Part shown: one piece after another, positions 1 through 13,098 of the stretch
How the letters are laid out: every line of letters begins with the position of its first letter
Position numbering within the stretch: the stretch's first letter is position 1
Assembly (NCBI GenBank): GCA_964016885.1
Contig: OZ024749.1
Span: 806,001-870,000 of the forward strand
DNA length: 64,000 bases
Direction of reading: 5' to 3'
Source: Eledone cirrhosa
Lineage: Eukaryota
Made by a program: the position numbers and the translations under genes
Notes under the pieces: generated by a model
Told to the model about the DNA's origin: nothing
What the model saw: the letters and a program-made list of their open reading frames with translations, nothing else
The model's database searches: none

Positions 1-129
1 CTTATAGTTCAACCGAGGGGGTAGTGATGAGAGTGCAGGGGAGTTCTATGAGCTGTCAACACCACATAAGCTCACAACATCTTGCTTTGTTGTGCATGAC
101 TTCAATGCACATCTGAGTAAGGAGAGCAG

Positions 130-353
130 TGAATATCCCTTCTGGTACACTGTAAAGTAGACGTGTAAAAGACACGGCAAAAAGCAACCCACACTGTCAA
201 TGTGGTTGGCATTAGGAAGGGCATCTAGCTGTAGAAAACCAGCCAGAAACACTCCTATATGAGAGAGACACGGTCACCCAACAAACTCGCCTCTAAATAG
301 GACCCGCCTAACCCATGCTAGCATAGAAGATGGACGTTAATCGATGATGATGA
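130..353 (+). mobile_element. 3' end of RTE-family element with (GAT)n tail
   Basis: GGTTGGCATTAGGAAGGGCATC...GGACGTTAATCGATGATGATGAT matches the 3' UTR of the other RTE copies. Confidence 0.75.
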
Positions 354-845
354 TACACACGAACTGACGAGGAAAACACACCCCTAACTTACATCATGGA
401 GAATCAGACAAGATATTTTCGTTTTCTTATTTCGGACTTTAAAATAAGGTACCAGTCGCGTTCTAGGGCCAATTTAATCGACTTTCCATCCCTTCTCATA
501 CTGCTGACCTTGTGCATACATTATTTATTTCATCCTTTCATTACCTTATTTTCAACAAAATACACAGCTTATGATTTACAAATAATTTTGAAAATTATCA
601 AGAATTTGTGAGGTAATTAGAATGAGTAAAAAAAACCGAGTTTCACATGAAATTATGATGGGGGATTTAAATAAATATAAACACTTTAAAATAAGGTTTT
701 ATCAGGGACGATTCAATCGATTTTCCACCCTGAAAATGTCTGGCCTTGTGCCCTAATTATAAATTATTCTCTTTCTAGTATCCGTTTACTATAAATTTCA
801 TTGCCTAGATTTTTCTAACTTTCGTATGTTTTTAACTTTATAATT

Positions 846-1027
846 GTTTCTACTTTTGGCACAAGGCCAGCAATTACCCCAGTGCATTACTGGTACTTTA
901 TTTTATCGATCCCGTAAGGATGAAAGGCAAAGTTAACCTCGGCGGGATTTGAACTGAGTCCGTAAAGGGACGTAACTGTGCGTCAAAGCATGGCGTCCGA
1001 CCCTCTACCGATACTGCCAATTCACCA
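846..1027 (-). mobile_element. tRNA-derived SINE (Nin-domain-like), ~185 bp
   Basis: A/B-box-like head and GCCTTTCATCCTTACGGGGTCGATAAA-type core. Many similar copies occur in the window. Confidence 0.85.
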
Positions 1028-2795
1028 TTTTATAATGAAAGTTATATAACATTTAATACAAAACATGCGCCCGCACTAAGTTATAGGAAAATATTAAGTT
1101 AAGTAAAATTTTAGTTTTCAGTGGAAATCGAGTTTTTTTCTCCCCTAGTTTTAAAACATTATCTTAAAGAAATTAAGACAAAGTAAACGGATAACAAAAA
1201 TAAATCGGAAAAAAAATTAAAACATACTACAACAGGGAATGCAGGAGGTGCCCCTTAAACATGTTTCGAGGGAACAAAACACTGGCGAGACTGAAGTGTT
1301 GGAATAGCCAAGTACCCTCATGTTATTAGACAAGTGGATGAGTCAGAAAGATAGGAAATACTTATTACCCTCTAAAAATATTGAGGCAACACGAAACATA
1401 TTACCGCAAGTGATAGCGAGACTGAGGTCCAATAAACAGTCAAGCACCCTCACAAACTAGGTGATACTTCAGAGACGAGAGCCGCCAACGGGGACAAAAG
1501 ACTTATTTGTTTTTTTTTTAATTCCTAAATTAAAGTTATTTGAGAGGATTACAAGTTAAAGTGTCTAATTGTTTCAACTTTAGGCACAAGGCAAGCAATT
1601 TAAGGGGAGGGGAAAGTCGATTAAATCGCCCAGTGCTTTATTTCACCGACCCTCTAAGTATGAAAAGTAAAGCTAATCCGGGATTTGAACTCATATAATA
1701 GCTGGACAAGGGATGGTGACTAATGAAAAATTCACCCAAGCATTTTCCTGTTTGAACTAATTTATTCCAGAGTATTGACGACAGCTGCGGAGGTATTTTT
1801 CTAGAGCTGACCAACAAGACTGTCCTTTTTATACCAAATTCCCTTTAAATCACATAAGATAGGATCACAACAGGGATGTCTTTAATTGTGGGACAATCTC
1901 GGGCTAAATGTTCGCTTTATCTATAGACCTCCAAGTTTTAATATTTCATGTTAAAGAATTACAAACCATTTATAAAATTATGAATGGTTGAGCACACATT
2001 TTCTGGTAAACAAGTCTTAACAATCAACACTTTGAGAAAATTAATTTTTCCTAATAATTGAAAATTCCTAGAACAGAACTGTGATGAAAGTTTAGTCTTT
2101 AAAATCCTATAAGTTATATTTCTCCTCCCATATAATATGTCAAACATTTTCTATAATATTTTGTGCCACGTTTGAAATGTTTTTCACTGCTTCAGAACAT
2201 TTTGGATTTAATCAAAAATATGTGCAAGACATGAGTGTTGCCAGTTTACAGTTAACACCTCAGTCAAATTTCTTTCCTTATAAATTTCTTAATTAGAATT
2301 TTCAATTAAATTTCGCAGAGGTACTTTTCAAAGATTACATTCATGGTCGAAATTTTGTTTTCGCAATAGTTATGCCATATTTAGCTCGATAAGCCTATAC
2401 ATATATATACACACTCATTATACATACACACAAACATATATATATATACTCATTTATACATACACACAAACACATATATATATATATATATACTCATTTA
2501 TACATACACACAAACATATATATATATATAGAGGGGGGGGAATTGGAAATAGCACTGAAAATATATTTACGGGTCTGTTTTTCTCTTTTTTTCCCCCTTT
2601 CTTTGATTCATCAAAGTGGCATTATTGAAATATATATATATATATATTATTACAAATTAAGATAGAATAGATTTCTTAAATCATTTAATAGCTTACATTT
2701 TTTTCAAAGCAACTAATCTAATATATATATATATATTATATATGCACGAGCAGAAGGACGTGTTTTTCCTGTCGGCGACATATCTCAAAATCAAA

Positions 2796-2860
2796 TTTCA
2801 TCTGAGGATACCATTCTCATAACAAATGCATGGGAGAACCGTTGAAATAATTATAATGAA
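2796..2860 (+). ncRNA. Type I hammerhead ribozyme-like motif (degenerate stem II)
   Basis: TTCAT-CTGAGGA-stem II-GAAA, palindromic stem III ATAATTAT, then A and ATGAA closing stem I. Confidence 0.55.
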
Positions 2861-2920
2861 TAAACGATTTATGTAACACCACCATCTTTCTTAATGTTAT
2901 TATTACTATTATATATTATA

Positions 2921-3040
2921 GAGTTCAAATTCCGCCGAGGTTGACTTTATTTTATCGACCCCGTAAGGATGAAAGGCAAAGTACCAGTAATGCACTGAAT
3001 ATTTGCTGGCCTTGTGCCTAAAGTAGAAACAATTATTACT
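2921..3040 (+). mobile_element. 5'-truncated SINE with internal 29-bp inversion
   Basis: Matches the SINE family, but 2949-2977 is the reverse complement of the consensus. Confidence 0.8.
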
Positions 3041-3883
3041 ATTATATATATATAGGTAAGTTATTCCGGGTTGAGATTCCTGATGATTTCTCACGAATGA
3101 AACAGTTCTAGTCCTGTAGAAGCTCTTCTATATATATATATATATAGTATAAGTATTATATATGAATATATATGCATGCATCTATATACATGTACACATA
3201 CAGAACTTTGTAAAAACGACAAAACAGGAAATCGGAACAAAACAAAGTTGAAGAAGCGCCAAATAGTGAGATATCAGCTAAATCTGGGACATTTAAGGAA
3301 AAAAGTTATAAAAGACTGAGTCCATTAGATGTCGCTAAATAAGTTTCCATACCCACCTATTCGGGGCATTTTCTTTCTCGTTGGCAGTATTCTTAGATTT
3401 TTTGATTTCTCTCAAATTAACCATATTTGATTTTAGCGCCAACTGAGCCACCACAGGGAGAGAATAGCTGAACAAGTTTTACTGCAGACCTGCGTAGTGA
3501 GACCGGATGTAGGAGGAGAAAGGGGGTTAGAGGAAGTGTGGAGAGGGAAATGAAGAGAGAAAGGGGGAGTTAAAGAGCGAGATAAAGCGTAGAGAAAGAA
3601 AGGGAGAGATAAAACGTAGGGAGAGTTAAAGAGAGAGATAAAGCGGGGCGAGTGAAAGGGAGGATTAAAGAGAGAAGTTAAAGATAGAGAAATAGTGTTG
3701 TTTGAAATAGAATTCTTTATGTTTTTTTTGTACTTTTATTAATAAAACATATTTAGCTGATAATGGAGAAAGAAAGAGAAAGACAGGATGAACGAGGAAG
3801 GGAAGAAGAGAGAAAGGAAAAGAAAGAGAGAGAGAGAGAGAGAGGGAGTAGATTAAACAGAAGATGGACAACTGATTAATAAT

Positions 3884-4055
3884 TGTTTCTTCTTTTGGCA
3901 CAAGGCCAGCAATTATTCAGTACATTACTGGTACTTTATTTTATCGACCCCGTAAGGATGAAAGGCAAAGTTGACCTCGGCGGGAATTGAACTCAGAATA
4001 GAAAGGGCCGTAACTCTATGCGTCAAAGCATGACGTCCGACCCTCTACTGATACT
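3884..4055 (-). mobile_element. tRNA-derived SINE copy
   Basis: Same family as 846-1027. Confidence 0.85.
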
Positions 4056-4661
4056 GAAGGGATTATGATTGTCATTTAATTTTATTTACTGAAGAGTTGT
4101 GTAAATAACATTGCAAATAATTTTGAAAAGGGAAAGGAAAAAAAAGGAGAAAAGGAAAGAAGAAAAACACACAAGCAGGTAATACACACATCTAGGACCA
4201 CATACAACACACAAGCAGGTAATACATACATCTAGGACCACATACAACACACCAGCAGGTAATACACACATCTAGGACCACATACAACACATCAGCAGGT
4301 AATACATACATCTAGGACCACATACAACACACCAGCAGGTAATACATACATCTAGGACCACATACAACACACCAGCAGGTAATACACACATACAACACAC
4401 AAGCAGGTAATACATACATCTAGGACCACATACAACACACCAGCAGGTAATACATACATCTAGGACCACATACAACACACAAGCAGGTAATACATACATC
4501 TAGGACCACATACAACACACCAGCAGGTAATACACACATCTAGGACCACATACAACACACCAGCAGGTAATACATACATCTAGGACCACATACAACACAC
4601 CAGCAGGTAATACATACATCTAGTACCACATACAACACACCAGCAGGTAATACACACATCT

Positions 4662-4898
4662 TGACTGGAAAATGTAGTTAGCCAACAGATCTCAGTATTT
4701 CAGAATTTTGTTCTGTTCAGCTGCAGATGCTGTGGCTCTCGCCCTTACCACTGCATCCAGGATGTGGGAAGAAACAAACGAGTCGCTAACTGTGACGTCC
4801 CAGATAATCCACTTGCCTCTTAACCAGAGGAACAGGGTAAGACCATCAGGTCTTCTCACATCAATTCTGAATAATTCAGACGATTCCAAAATAGAGGG
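4662..4898 (-). mobile_element. Fragment of CRE-like non-LTR element (restriction-like endonuclease region)
   Basis: RRPDGLTL..W..G..IIWDVT...AAEQNKILKY, homologous to 55870-56105. Confidence 0.75.
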
Positions 4899-5757
4899 TA
4901 CAACACACCAGCAGGTAATACACACATCTAGGACCACATACAACACACAAGCAGGTAATACATACATCTAGGACCACATACAACACACCAGCAGGTAATT
5001 CATACATCTAGGACCACATACAACACACCAGCAGGCAATACATACATCTAGGACCACATACAACACACCAGCAGGTAATACATACATCTAGGACCACAGA
5101 CAACACACAAGCAGGTAATACATACATCTAGGACCACATACAACACACCAGCAGGTAATACACACATACAACACACAAGCAGGTAATACATACATCTAGG
5201 ACCACATACAACACACCAGCAGGTAATACATACATCTAGGACCACATACAACACACCAGCAGGTAATACACACATCTAGGACCACATACAACACACCAGC
5301 AGGTAATACATACATCTAGGACCACAGACAACACACAAGCAGGTAATACATACATCTAGGACCACATACAACACACCAGCAGGTAATACACACATCTAGG
5401 ACCACATACAACACACCAGCAGGTAATACATACATCTAGGACCACATACAACACACAAGCAGGTAATACATACATCTAGGACCACATACAACACACCAGC
5501 AGGTAATACACACATCTAGGACCACATACAACACACCAGCAGGTAATACATACATCTAGGACCACATACAACACACCAGCAGGTAATACATACATCTAGG
5601 ACCACAGACAACACACAAGCAGGTAATACATACATCTAGGACCACATACAACACACAAGCAGGTAATACACACATCTAGGACCACATATAACACATAAGC
5701 AGGTAATACATACATCTAGTACCACATACAACACACCAGCAGGTAATACACACATCT

Positions 5758-5994
5758 TGACTGGAAAATGTAGTTAGCCAACAGATCTCAGTATTTCAGA
5801 ATTTTGTTCTGTTCAGCTGCAGATGCTGTGGCTCTCGCCCTTACCACTGCATCCAGGATGTGGGAAGAAACAAACGAGTCGCTAACTGTGACGTCCCAGA
5901 TAATCCACTTGCCTCTTAACCAGAGGAATAGGGTAAGACCATCAGGTCTTCTCACATCAATTCTGAATAATTCAGACGATTCCAAAATAGAGGG
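5758..5994 (-). mobile_element. Second, near-identical copy of the CRE-like fragment
   Basis: 1096 bp downstream of the first copy, with the same junctions. Confidence 0.75.
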
Positions 5995-7329
5995 TACAAC
6001 ACACCAGCAGGTAATACACACATCTAGGACCACATACAACACACCAGCAGGTAATACATACATCTAGGACCACAGACAACACACAAGCAGGTAATACATA
6101 CATCTAGGACCACATACAACACACAAGCAGGTAATACACACATCTAGGACCACATATAACACATAAGCAGGTAATACATACATCTAGGACCACATACAAC
6201 ACACCAGCAGGTAATTCATACATCTAGGACCACATACAACACACCAACAGGTAATACATACATCTAGGACCACATACAACACACCAGAATGTAATACACA
6301 CATCTAGTACCACATACAACACATCAGCAGGTAATACATACATTTAGGACCACATACAACACACCAGCATGTAATACACACATCTAGGACCACATATAAC
6401 ACACCAGAAGGTAATACACACATCTAGGACCACATACAACACACCAGCAGGTAATACATACATTTAGGACCACATACAACACACCAGCATGTAATACACA
6501 CATCTAGGACCACATACAACACACCAGCAGGTAATACATACATTTAGGACTACATACAACACATCAGCATGTAATACACACATCTAGGACCGCATACAAC
6601 ACACCAGCATGTAATACACACATCTAGGACCACATACAACACACCAGCAGGTAATACACACATCTAGGACCACATACAACACACCAGCATGTAATACACA
6701 CATCTAGGACCACATACAACACACCAGCATGTAATACACACATCTAGGACCACATACAACATACCAGCAGGTAATACATACATCTAGGACCACATACAAC
6801 ACACGAGCATGTAATACACACATCTAGGACCACATACAACACACAAGCAGGTAATACATACATCTAGGACCTAATACAACACACAAGCAGGTAATACACA
6901 CATCTAGGACCACATACAACAATAGGCAGGCGAAAGGAGTTGACAAACAAACCACTACCAGATCACGAGGAGCACTAGAAAAGTTCTCTAATAATTTTTG
7001 AGATGTGTTTATGCCATCATCATCAAAGTTTAATATCTATATTCCATGCTTGCATGGTTTAGACGAATTGTCACGCTATGGGATTAAACTATACATACAA
7101 CGAAATGTACAGAACACCGTACAGTTGCTGACATTAGCCACAATAGTAAGATCTTCTTGCAGATTCTCTTAAAGAGAACATAAAGAATGGTAGAAGAATA
7201 GTGTGCAGATGAACAAATGGGTTTCAGAAGGAAGGTGGGACCAGGGATCAAATTTTTAATATCAGAATTATCATGGAAAAAGCCAGGGTTCTTCTTCAGC
7301 CGAGTTTGCACTTGCAAAGATTCAGCACG

Positions 7330-10300
7330 CTTTCTCCAATCATCCTGGTCATCGATGTTATCAATGTTGGCTTCCCTCAGCAGGGTATCAATGAATGAGA
7401 CGGCCTGTCTTTCCATGCTTCTTCGTCCGACCGCTGGTTTGTTGTGATGCTATCTTTTCTGGATGACAGATGCAGTGCCCAGCCAGTTTCATTCGTCTGC
7501 AGGCAACTTTTTTTTAAGCTGGTGGTAATGACCTGTATAGTTCCCTATTTGTCAGCCTCTGTTTCCAAGAAATGTTGAGAGCCATTCTCAACATCCTTGT
7601 GTAACATCCGTCAAGTCTCTTGCATAGCACTTTGTCAATAGTCCACGTTTCACTGCCGTAAAGTAGGACGGATTTAACTGTTGCTAGGAAGAGGCGATCC
7701 TTGATTTTGCGGTTTAGGTCAGACTTCCACACCTTCAGTAGCTTGTGGCATGCCAACCATGCTAATGCTTTTCTAACTTCAAAGTCCTTGCATGAGCTGT
7801 GCATCCATATGCATCCAAGATACTTAAAGTTCTCAACTGTTTTTATTGTACCATCCTTTGCAAGAACTGGAGCTGGATCAACCTGATCGTAGTGCATGAT
7901 TTCGGTCTTCTTTGCATTGAGATACAGTCCTATTTTGCCTGATTCAACCTCGACATGTGTGAGCAGTGCTTGAGCTTGGCTGATTTCCTCCATGATCAAG
8001 ACAATGTCATCAACGAAGTCTGTGTCAGTGACAACTTTTGGATGGTGATGACAACTTCTCCTTCGATCCAATTTGAAACCCAACTCTTCTTCCTGCCCAT
8101 GAATGGTCTGTCTCATTGCATAATCGAGGACAATTGCAAATAGGAAGGGTGCAAGTGTGACACCTTGGAGAACACCTGCGAGAATCTCAAAGTAATCTGT
8201 GTTTCCATCTGGTGTCAATATGTGAGCTTGTGTACCTCAGACCTATAGCTTCAACTATCTTTTCAGGCATATCATATGCTCTCAGGATCTGGAGCATTCG
8301 CCCTCGGTGGATGCTGTCAAATGCTTTTCAAAAGTCTACAAATGTCATGACAACCTTTAGGTTGTGTGATTGGACACCCTCGATTAATCTCCTCAATGCA
8401 AGAATATACGCAATAGTTGACCTTCCTGGTGAGAAGCCATTCTGGTTCAGACGTAGTTATGGATTGATTTTTGGTCGAATTCTGTTGAGAAGCATTCGAT
8501 TTGCCAATTTGGCAGCAATAGAGGACAAAGCTATTCCCATGTAGTTGTCTGTATAGCTGAGATCACCCGATTTTGGTAGTGGCTTAATATCGCTTTCTGA
8601 CCATTGGTCAGGCTTCTCGCTGACCATTGGTCAGGCTTCTCGCCGACCATCAACTTGTTGCAATGCTTGAGAACTTTCGGGCCGATGCCATCAGATCCAA
8701 AGGCTTTCCCTTCCTTCAGAAACTTCTTGGCTATTGAGTATTCAGCAGGTGTAATTCCTTGAAGTGTGAGTACCATTTCTTCATGCGATCTTAGAGTTTG
8801 CTTTTATTATGGCTTGTTTGACAGATTTTCTCCCAGTGATCTCATTTATTAGCTTCTAGCTTTTTCCATACTTCGATTTCGCATCTGCAGATTCTACTTC
8901 AGCTATCAATTTATCAAGTTCTTCCTCGGAAATAGTGTCATATGCCTTCTGTAGTGTACTCTTGCATCGTTGAAGTTTCTGGCAATTACGCTCTGTTGGA
9001 TTCTCCGTATATGCCCTAGAAGCCTTCCGAATTTTCTCTCTTGCATCGATGACTCACAGATCAGCCGATGTTTGTTTCTTTTTGTTCTTCTTTTTCGTGG
9101 AAGAAGCTCTTTGGCTGTTTCGTAATTTGCTTGAATCAGGTGAGTGTATGTCTCTGTGATGGATTCGTTTTCCGTGCGCAAGCTTGCATACTTGTTTCTA
9201 ACAGAAACAGTATAAAGATTGCTCAAATCAGGATCCATTAGTGAAGCCCAATCATAGTTGACTCTGGTGGATAACGCTTTACTGGTTCTCAAGCTTAATT
9301 TAAGCTTTGCTGTTGTGATTCGGTGATTTGCTGCTGAAAGTGTTGTATGCTTCGCAGTTGTGCACAGAGTTTTTCCATTTTTTGTTGACCATAATGTAGT
9401 CGACTTGAGACTTGGTGCCACTTGATACGTAAGTCCTAAGCTTTCCTAGCTTTTTCTGAAATGAAGTATTGGCAATGAAAAGTCCTTCTTCATCTACATA
9501 ATCACTGATTAGCTTCCCATTGCTATTGCTTAATTCATGAAATGTATATTTACCAACGTTTCTCCCAAGATGTGCAGTCCCCAATCACAACCAACATATT
9601 GTGTTTCAGGACCTCCTTTGCTGCAGCTGCTAACTGATTGTAGTGTTCATCAGCTTCATCACTCCCCTCAACTGATGAGTAATAGACAATAACGTTGAAT
9701 GCTGGGTTACCACTGAAATTAGCAATAATAATTCTTTTGCTCCATGGTTCTACGTTGGATAGAGCACTTTCTACCATTCTTTTGCTAACTAGGCCTACTC
9801 CTCCTGATGATGTGTTGTTGGCGTTTCTACATGCTGAGGATGTAATAATCATTCTATCTTTGACACGTTGGTACAATATATCCTCATCATGTACGATTTT
9901 GTGGTCCACAATACCCAGTTTTGGGACTGTATGAGTTCTGCAGTTGTTCGCTAACTCGTTGCGCTTGCTTTCTAGGTGTAAAGTTCTTATGTTCATAGTT
10001 GCTACATTAGTATACTGTTCGCAGGTCAACAGTCTGCCGTTTGCTCTACTGCCATCCTGTACTAACTTTCCTTTCGGCTTTGGAAGAGCATATTCATGAA
10101 TCTGTGTAGACTTTGCAGTGCGGCAAAGACAAGAAGAACTAGGGCCGCCCCTAGGAGCATTGGATTTGGTGTACTTCATATTTGTTTCAGTTGCTGAATA
10201 CAATTAGGGGTTGCTGCTTCTCCTGAAGGTCAATAGTTCTCTTCTAACTCGAGCGGGAGCTCCTTTCCATTGTCAATTTGGATTGATCATCTGCAAAGCC

Positions 10301-10565
10301 GCATTGTTCTCAGAACCACTACACCAGTCTTTCGATGCATGCAGCTAGAACTACTGTCCCCATTGATTTGGCAGGTTTTTTTTATTTTTTTATGGCCGTT
10401 GACTCTTATGAGTTCTACCCTTTGCCAAGTTTTGTTTTTTGTTCTACAGGGTTCCAAAATCACCCTCCTCACCAAGTAAACTTGGTATGGTAAGGCTGCC
10501 GGTTTAGTCGCCGACAACCCGACTATGTGACAGGTTGTACTGGGTTACATGCTACCAGTAGCACT
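7330..10565 (-). mobile_element. Decayed near-full-length RTE-like LINE (second family, no PHD insert)
   Basis: APE remnants (ATMNIRTL, SQVDYIMV) and RT remnants (GVLQGVTLAPFLF, DFVDD, FKYLG, LLYGSETW) broken by frameshifts. Confidence 0.88.
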
Positions 10566-10599
10566 CAAGAGTGACCTGACAATTTAGCATTTGTATTAC

Positions 10600-10908
10600 A
10601 AAAAGACATTTGACTCTGTATTACATTCAATGCTTTGGAACATATTGAAGAGGATTGGATTAAATGGCACAATGGTGAAATTAAATTATTAAAGAATCTG
10701 TATGACGAGAAACAAGCTGCAGTCTGAGAAGAAAAAGAGCTCACAGAATGGTTTACTGTAAACAGGGGAATTGGACAGGGATGCCTGGTGTTGCCTTTGG
10801 CAGTCAATCTTTACTCTGAGGAGGTGATGAGAAAGTCAGCAGATATGCTCTCCTGGATCGGGGTTACTATTGGTGGGAAAGAGATCAACAACCTGCGGTA
10901 TGCTAAAA
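10600..10908 (+). mobile_element. Non-LTR RT fragment
   Basis: TEWFTVNRGIGQGC...NLYSEEVMR...IGGKEINNLRYA. Confidence 0.7.
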
Positions 10909-10909
10909 A

Positions 10910-12170
10910 CATGTTGGTGTCTTGTGTGGTGATGTTGTCACTCCATTTTTGCTTCCAGATCTCTCTCTTGATCTTTTTCCAGTTAGCCTTGTGAGAGTTA
11001 AGGCTGGATAAGTTCCCGATGCTTCTTAATGGTTGCGTCTCTGTTGACTCTCTCAGACCACATATCATTAGTTCTACTAACTTATGATCTGAGAAAATCG
11101 TTGGTGTCACCTTTACATTGTGGATGAGCACTGTGTTGTTTGTAAAGCAGAGATCCAGGACATTCTCGCCTCTTGTTGGGAGGTGTACTGCTTGTTCCAT
11201 GAACAGCCTGTGTGTGAGGGCCAGCAGGGACTCCGTCTCTCTCTGTGTGAGTGATGTCATTCCAGGGAGGAGGTGGCCCTCAGGCCATTTGACCTTTGGC
11301 AGGTTGAAGTGTCCCAGCAGTAGAATATTGAGACCCTGGACCAGTTTGTCAAGGACCTCTTCTATCCTACTGAGACTATCCTCAAATTTACCCTCATGAC
11401 TGGGGGCATCGGGCGGCCGATATGTGACACATATTACTGTTTTTAGTTGCTTCATATGTACTATCAGTGTGTCACAGACTGAGTTTGAATGTGTCAACAG
11501 TACAATTGGTGTGACATCTTCATGGATATACAGAGCAACCCCACCATGAGTTCTCTCCTTCCTGTCCGAACGAAATACAGTTTATTTCGCTATATGTATT
11601 TCTGCATCTGCTATACTGCTTGTCAGGTGCGTTTCGGTTAGTGCCATGCATAATGCTTGATTGCTTATGGCTAAGTCTCTCAGGTAGGGAATTTTACTCA
11701 TGTGAGTCAGTTTCACCAGACCTCTGACATTCAACAGCAGCACTGGTATGACTTTGGGGGTGCCAGCAATGGCTGTTGGTGTGGCACCTGGCCTGGTGTC
11801 AACGTTGGCTACCCTGAGTCCCTTGATTGTGGTGGTCTCGAGTGCTGGTGTGAGTGACCCTGGCTCTGAAAACGATGCAGCCAGGTCAGCTGTCCCACAA
11901 TCTTCTCTGCCATCTCTAAAAAATTCATTTGTTCTGCTGCCCCTGTCTGTATCTCATCTGTATATGCGTGCCTTCTCTTTGTTGGGGTGGCACTTGTAAC
12001 ATCAGCATACTTCTGGGACAGCTTGCATCGATCTTTGTTTGGTTGTGTAGTTTGGGCGTAGCTCACTTGGGGCCTGGGGTGAGTGAACCTACAGCCTATC
12101 CCTGTTTCTCCATACCAGCAGGTCCCGGTCATCATCATCATTTCATGTCCGATCCGTAGATGAAAGATCA
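10910..12170 (-). mobile_element. CR1/L2-group LINE fragment (end of ORF1 + APE endonuclease)
   Basis: LTETHL, GGVALY, YRPPD, GHFNLP, PTRGENVLDL, SDH. Upstream CWYGETGIGCRFTHP resembles a CCCH finger. Confidence 0.8.
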
Positions 12171-12204
12171 AGGAAAACCATGCTCAATCTGTTTCAAGAG
12201 AGCT

Positions 12205-12315
12205 TATTTAGTATAAACAAGGTTTTATACACTTGACAGGTATGTGCTACAATGGTTTCGAAACCATTGGTAGCTCATACATGTTAAGTGTATGAAACCT
12301 TGTTTATACTAAATA
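12205..12315. repeat. ~110-bp near-perfect palindrome centred on TTTCGAAA
   Basis: TATTTAGTATAAACAAGGTTT...AAACCTTGTTTATACTAAATA, with few mismatches. Confidence 0.9.
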
Positions 12316-12910
12316 TATATCTATGTTGCACCCTTGCAAGAAGGGAAAAGCAGGCGCAAAATGATGATGATATATATATTTGACTTCCCCTAAATTGTTG
12401 ACCTTGAGCCAAAGCTAGAAATCAATATTATATTCAACTGATGAACTGACCCCTCCCCGCTAACTTCAACTGCTCCTGGAATTTGTGTATGTTTCACTAC
12501 AATGTACCTTATTAATTTATTTAATTTTTCTATTTCATATATTCAACTAAACACTGTTCAGAAGATCTATACCCTTCAGTTATGCCCTTTTTCATTATTA
12601 CCCCCTAATTTCAAATTGAAACAAATGTTATGTATACATTACTGGGAACATCACACTACTATGGATGGACATTTTGATTTAGTCCATCATATCGATCCCT
12701 GCATATATATTTTCATGACTGATACGTATGAATAATTTAAATAATTTAATCATTTTAAGAAAAACAATATGATGAGCTTCCAAACAGATTATGTGAAACC
12801 AGTTTCCCTCTCATAAACGACACTTGCCCAAGGCTGTGGAATCGAACCTGAGACCTAATGATTGCAAAGCATGACTATTAGGTCATGCTAATTATAAGAT
12901 CTTATAAGAA

Positions 12911-13098
12911 TTGTTTCTACTTTTGGCACAAGGCCAGCAATTATCCTAGTGTCTTGCTGGTACTTTATTTTATCGATCCTGTAAGGATGAAAGGCAAAGT
13001 TAACTGAGATTGGATTTGAACTCAGACCGTAAAGGGTCGTAACTCTATGCCACAAAGCATGGCGTCTGACCCTCTACTGATAATGCCAATCCACTGCC
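12911..13098 (-). mobile_element. tRNA-derived SINE copy
   Basis: Same family; degenerate TSD TTAT(AA)GATCTTATAA. Confidence 0.85.

Larger units (their letters stand above)
4166..6920. repeat. 40-bp minisatellite (ACACACCAGCAGGTAATACATACATCTAGGACCACATACA) with two captured retroelement inserts
   Basis: Direct 40-bp periodicity, interrupted at 4662-4898 and 5758-5994. Confidence 0.95.

Noticed and set aside
3070-3115. CTGATGA...GAAAC...GTC hammerhead-like string
   Set aside because: No stem I pairing across the flanks.
4086-5275. Cys-rich ORFs (CVVCGPRC...)
   Set aside because: They are translations of the 40-bp minisatellite.
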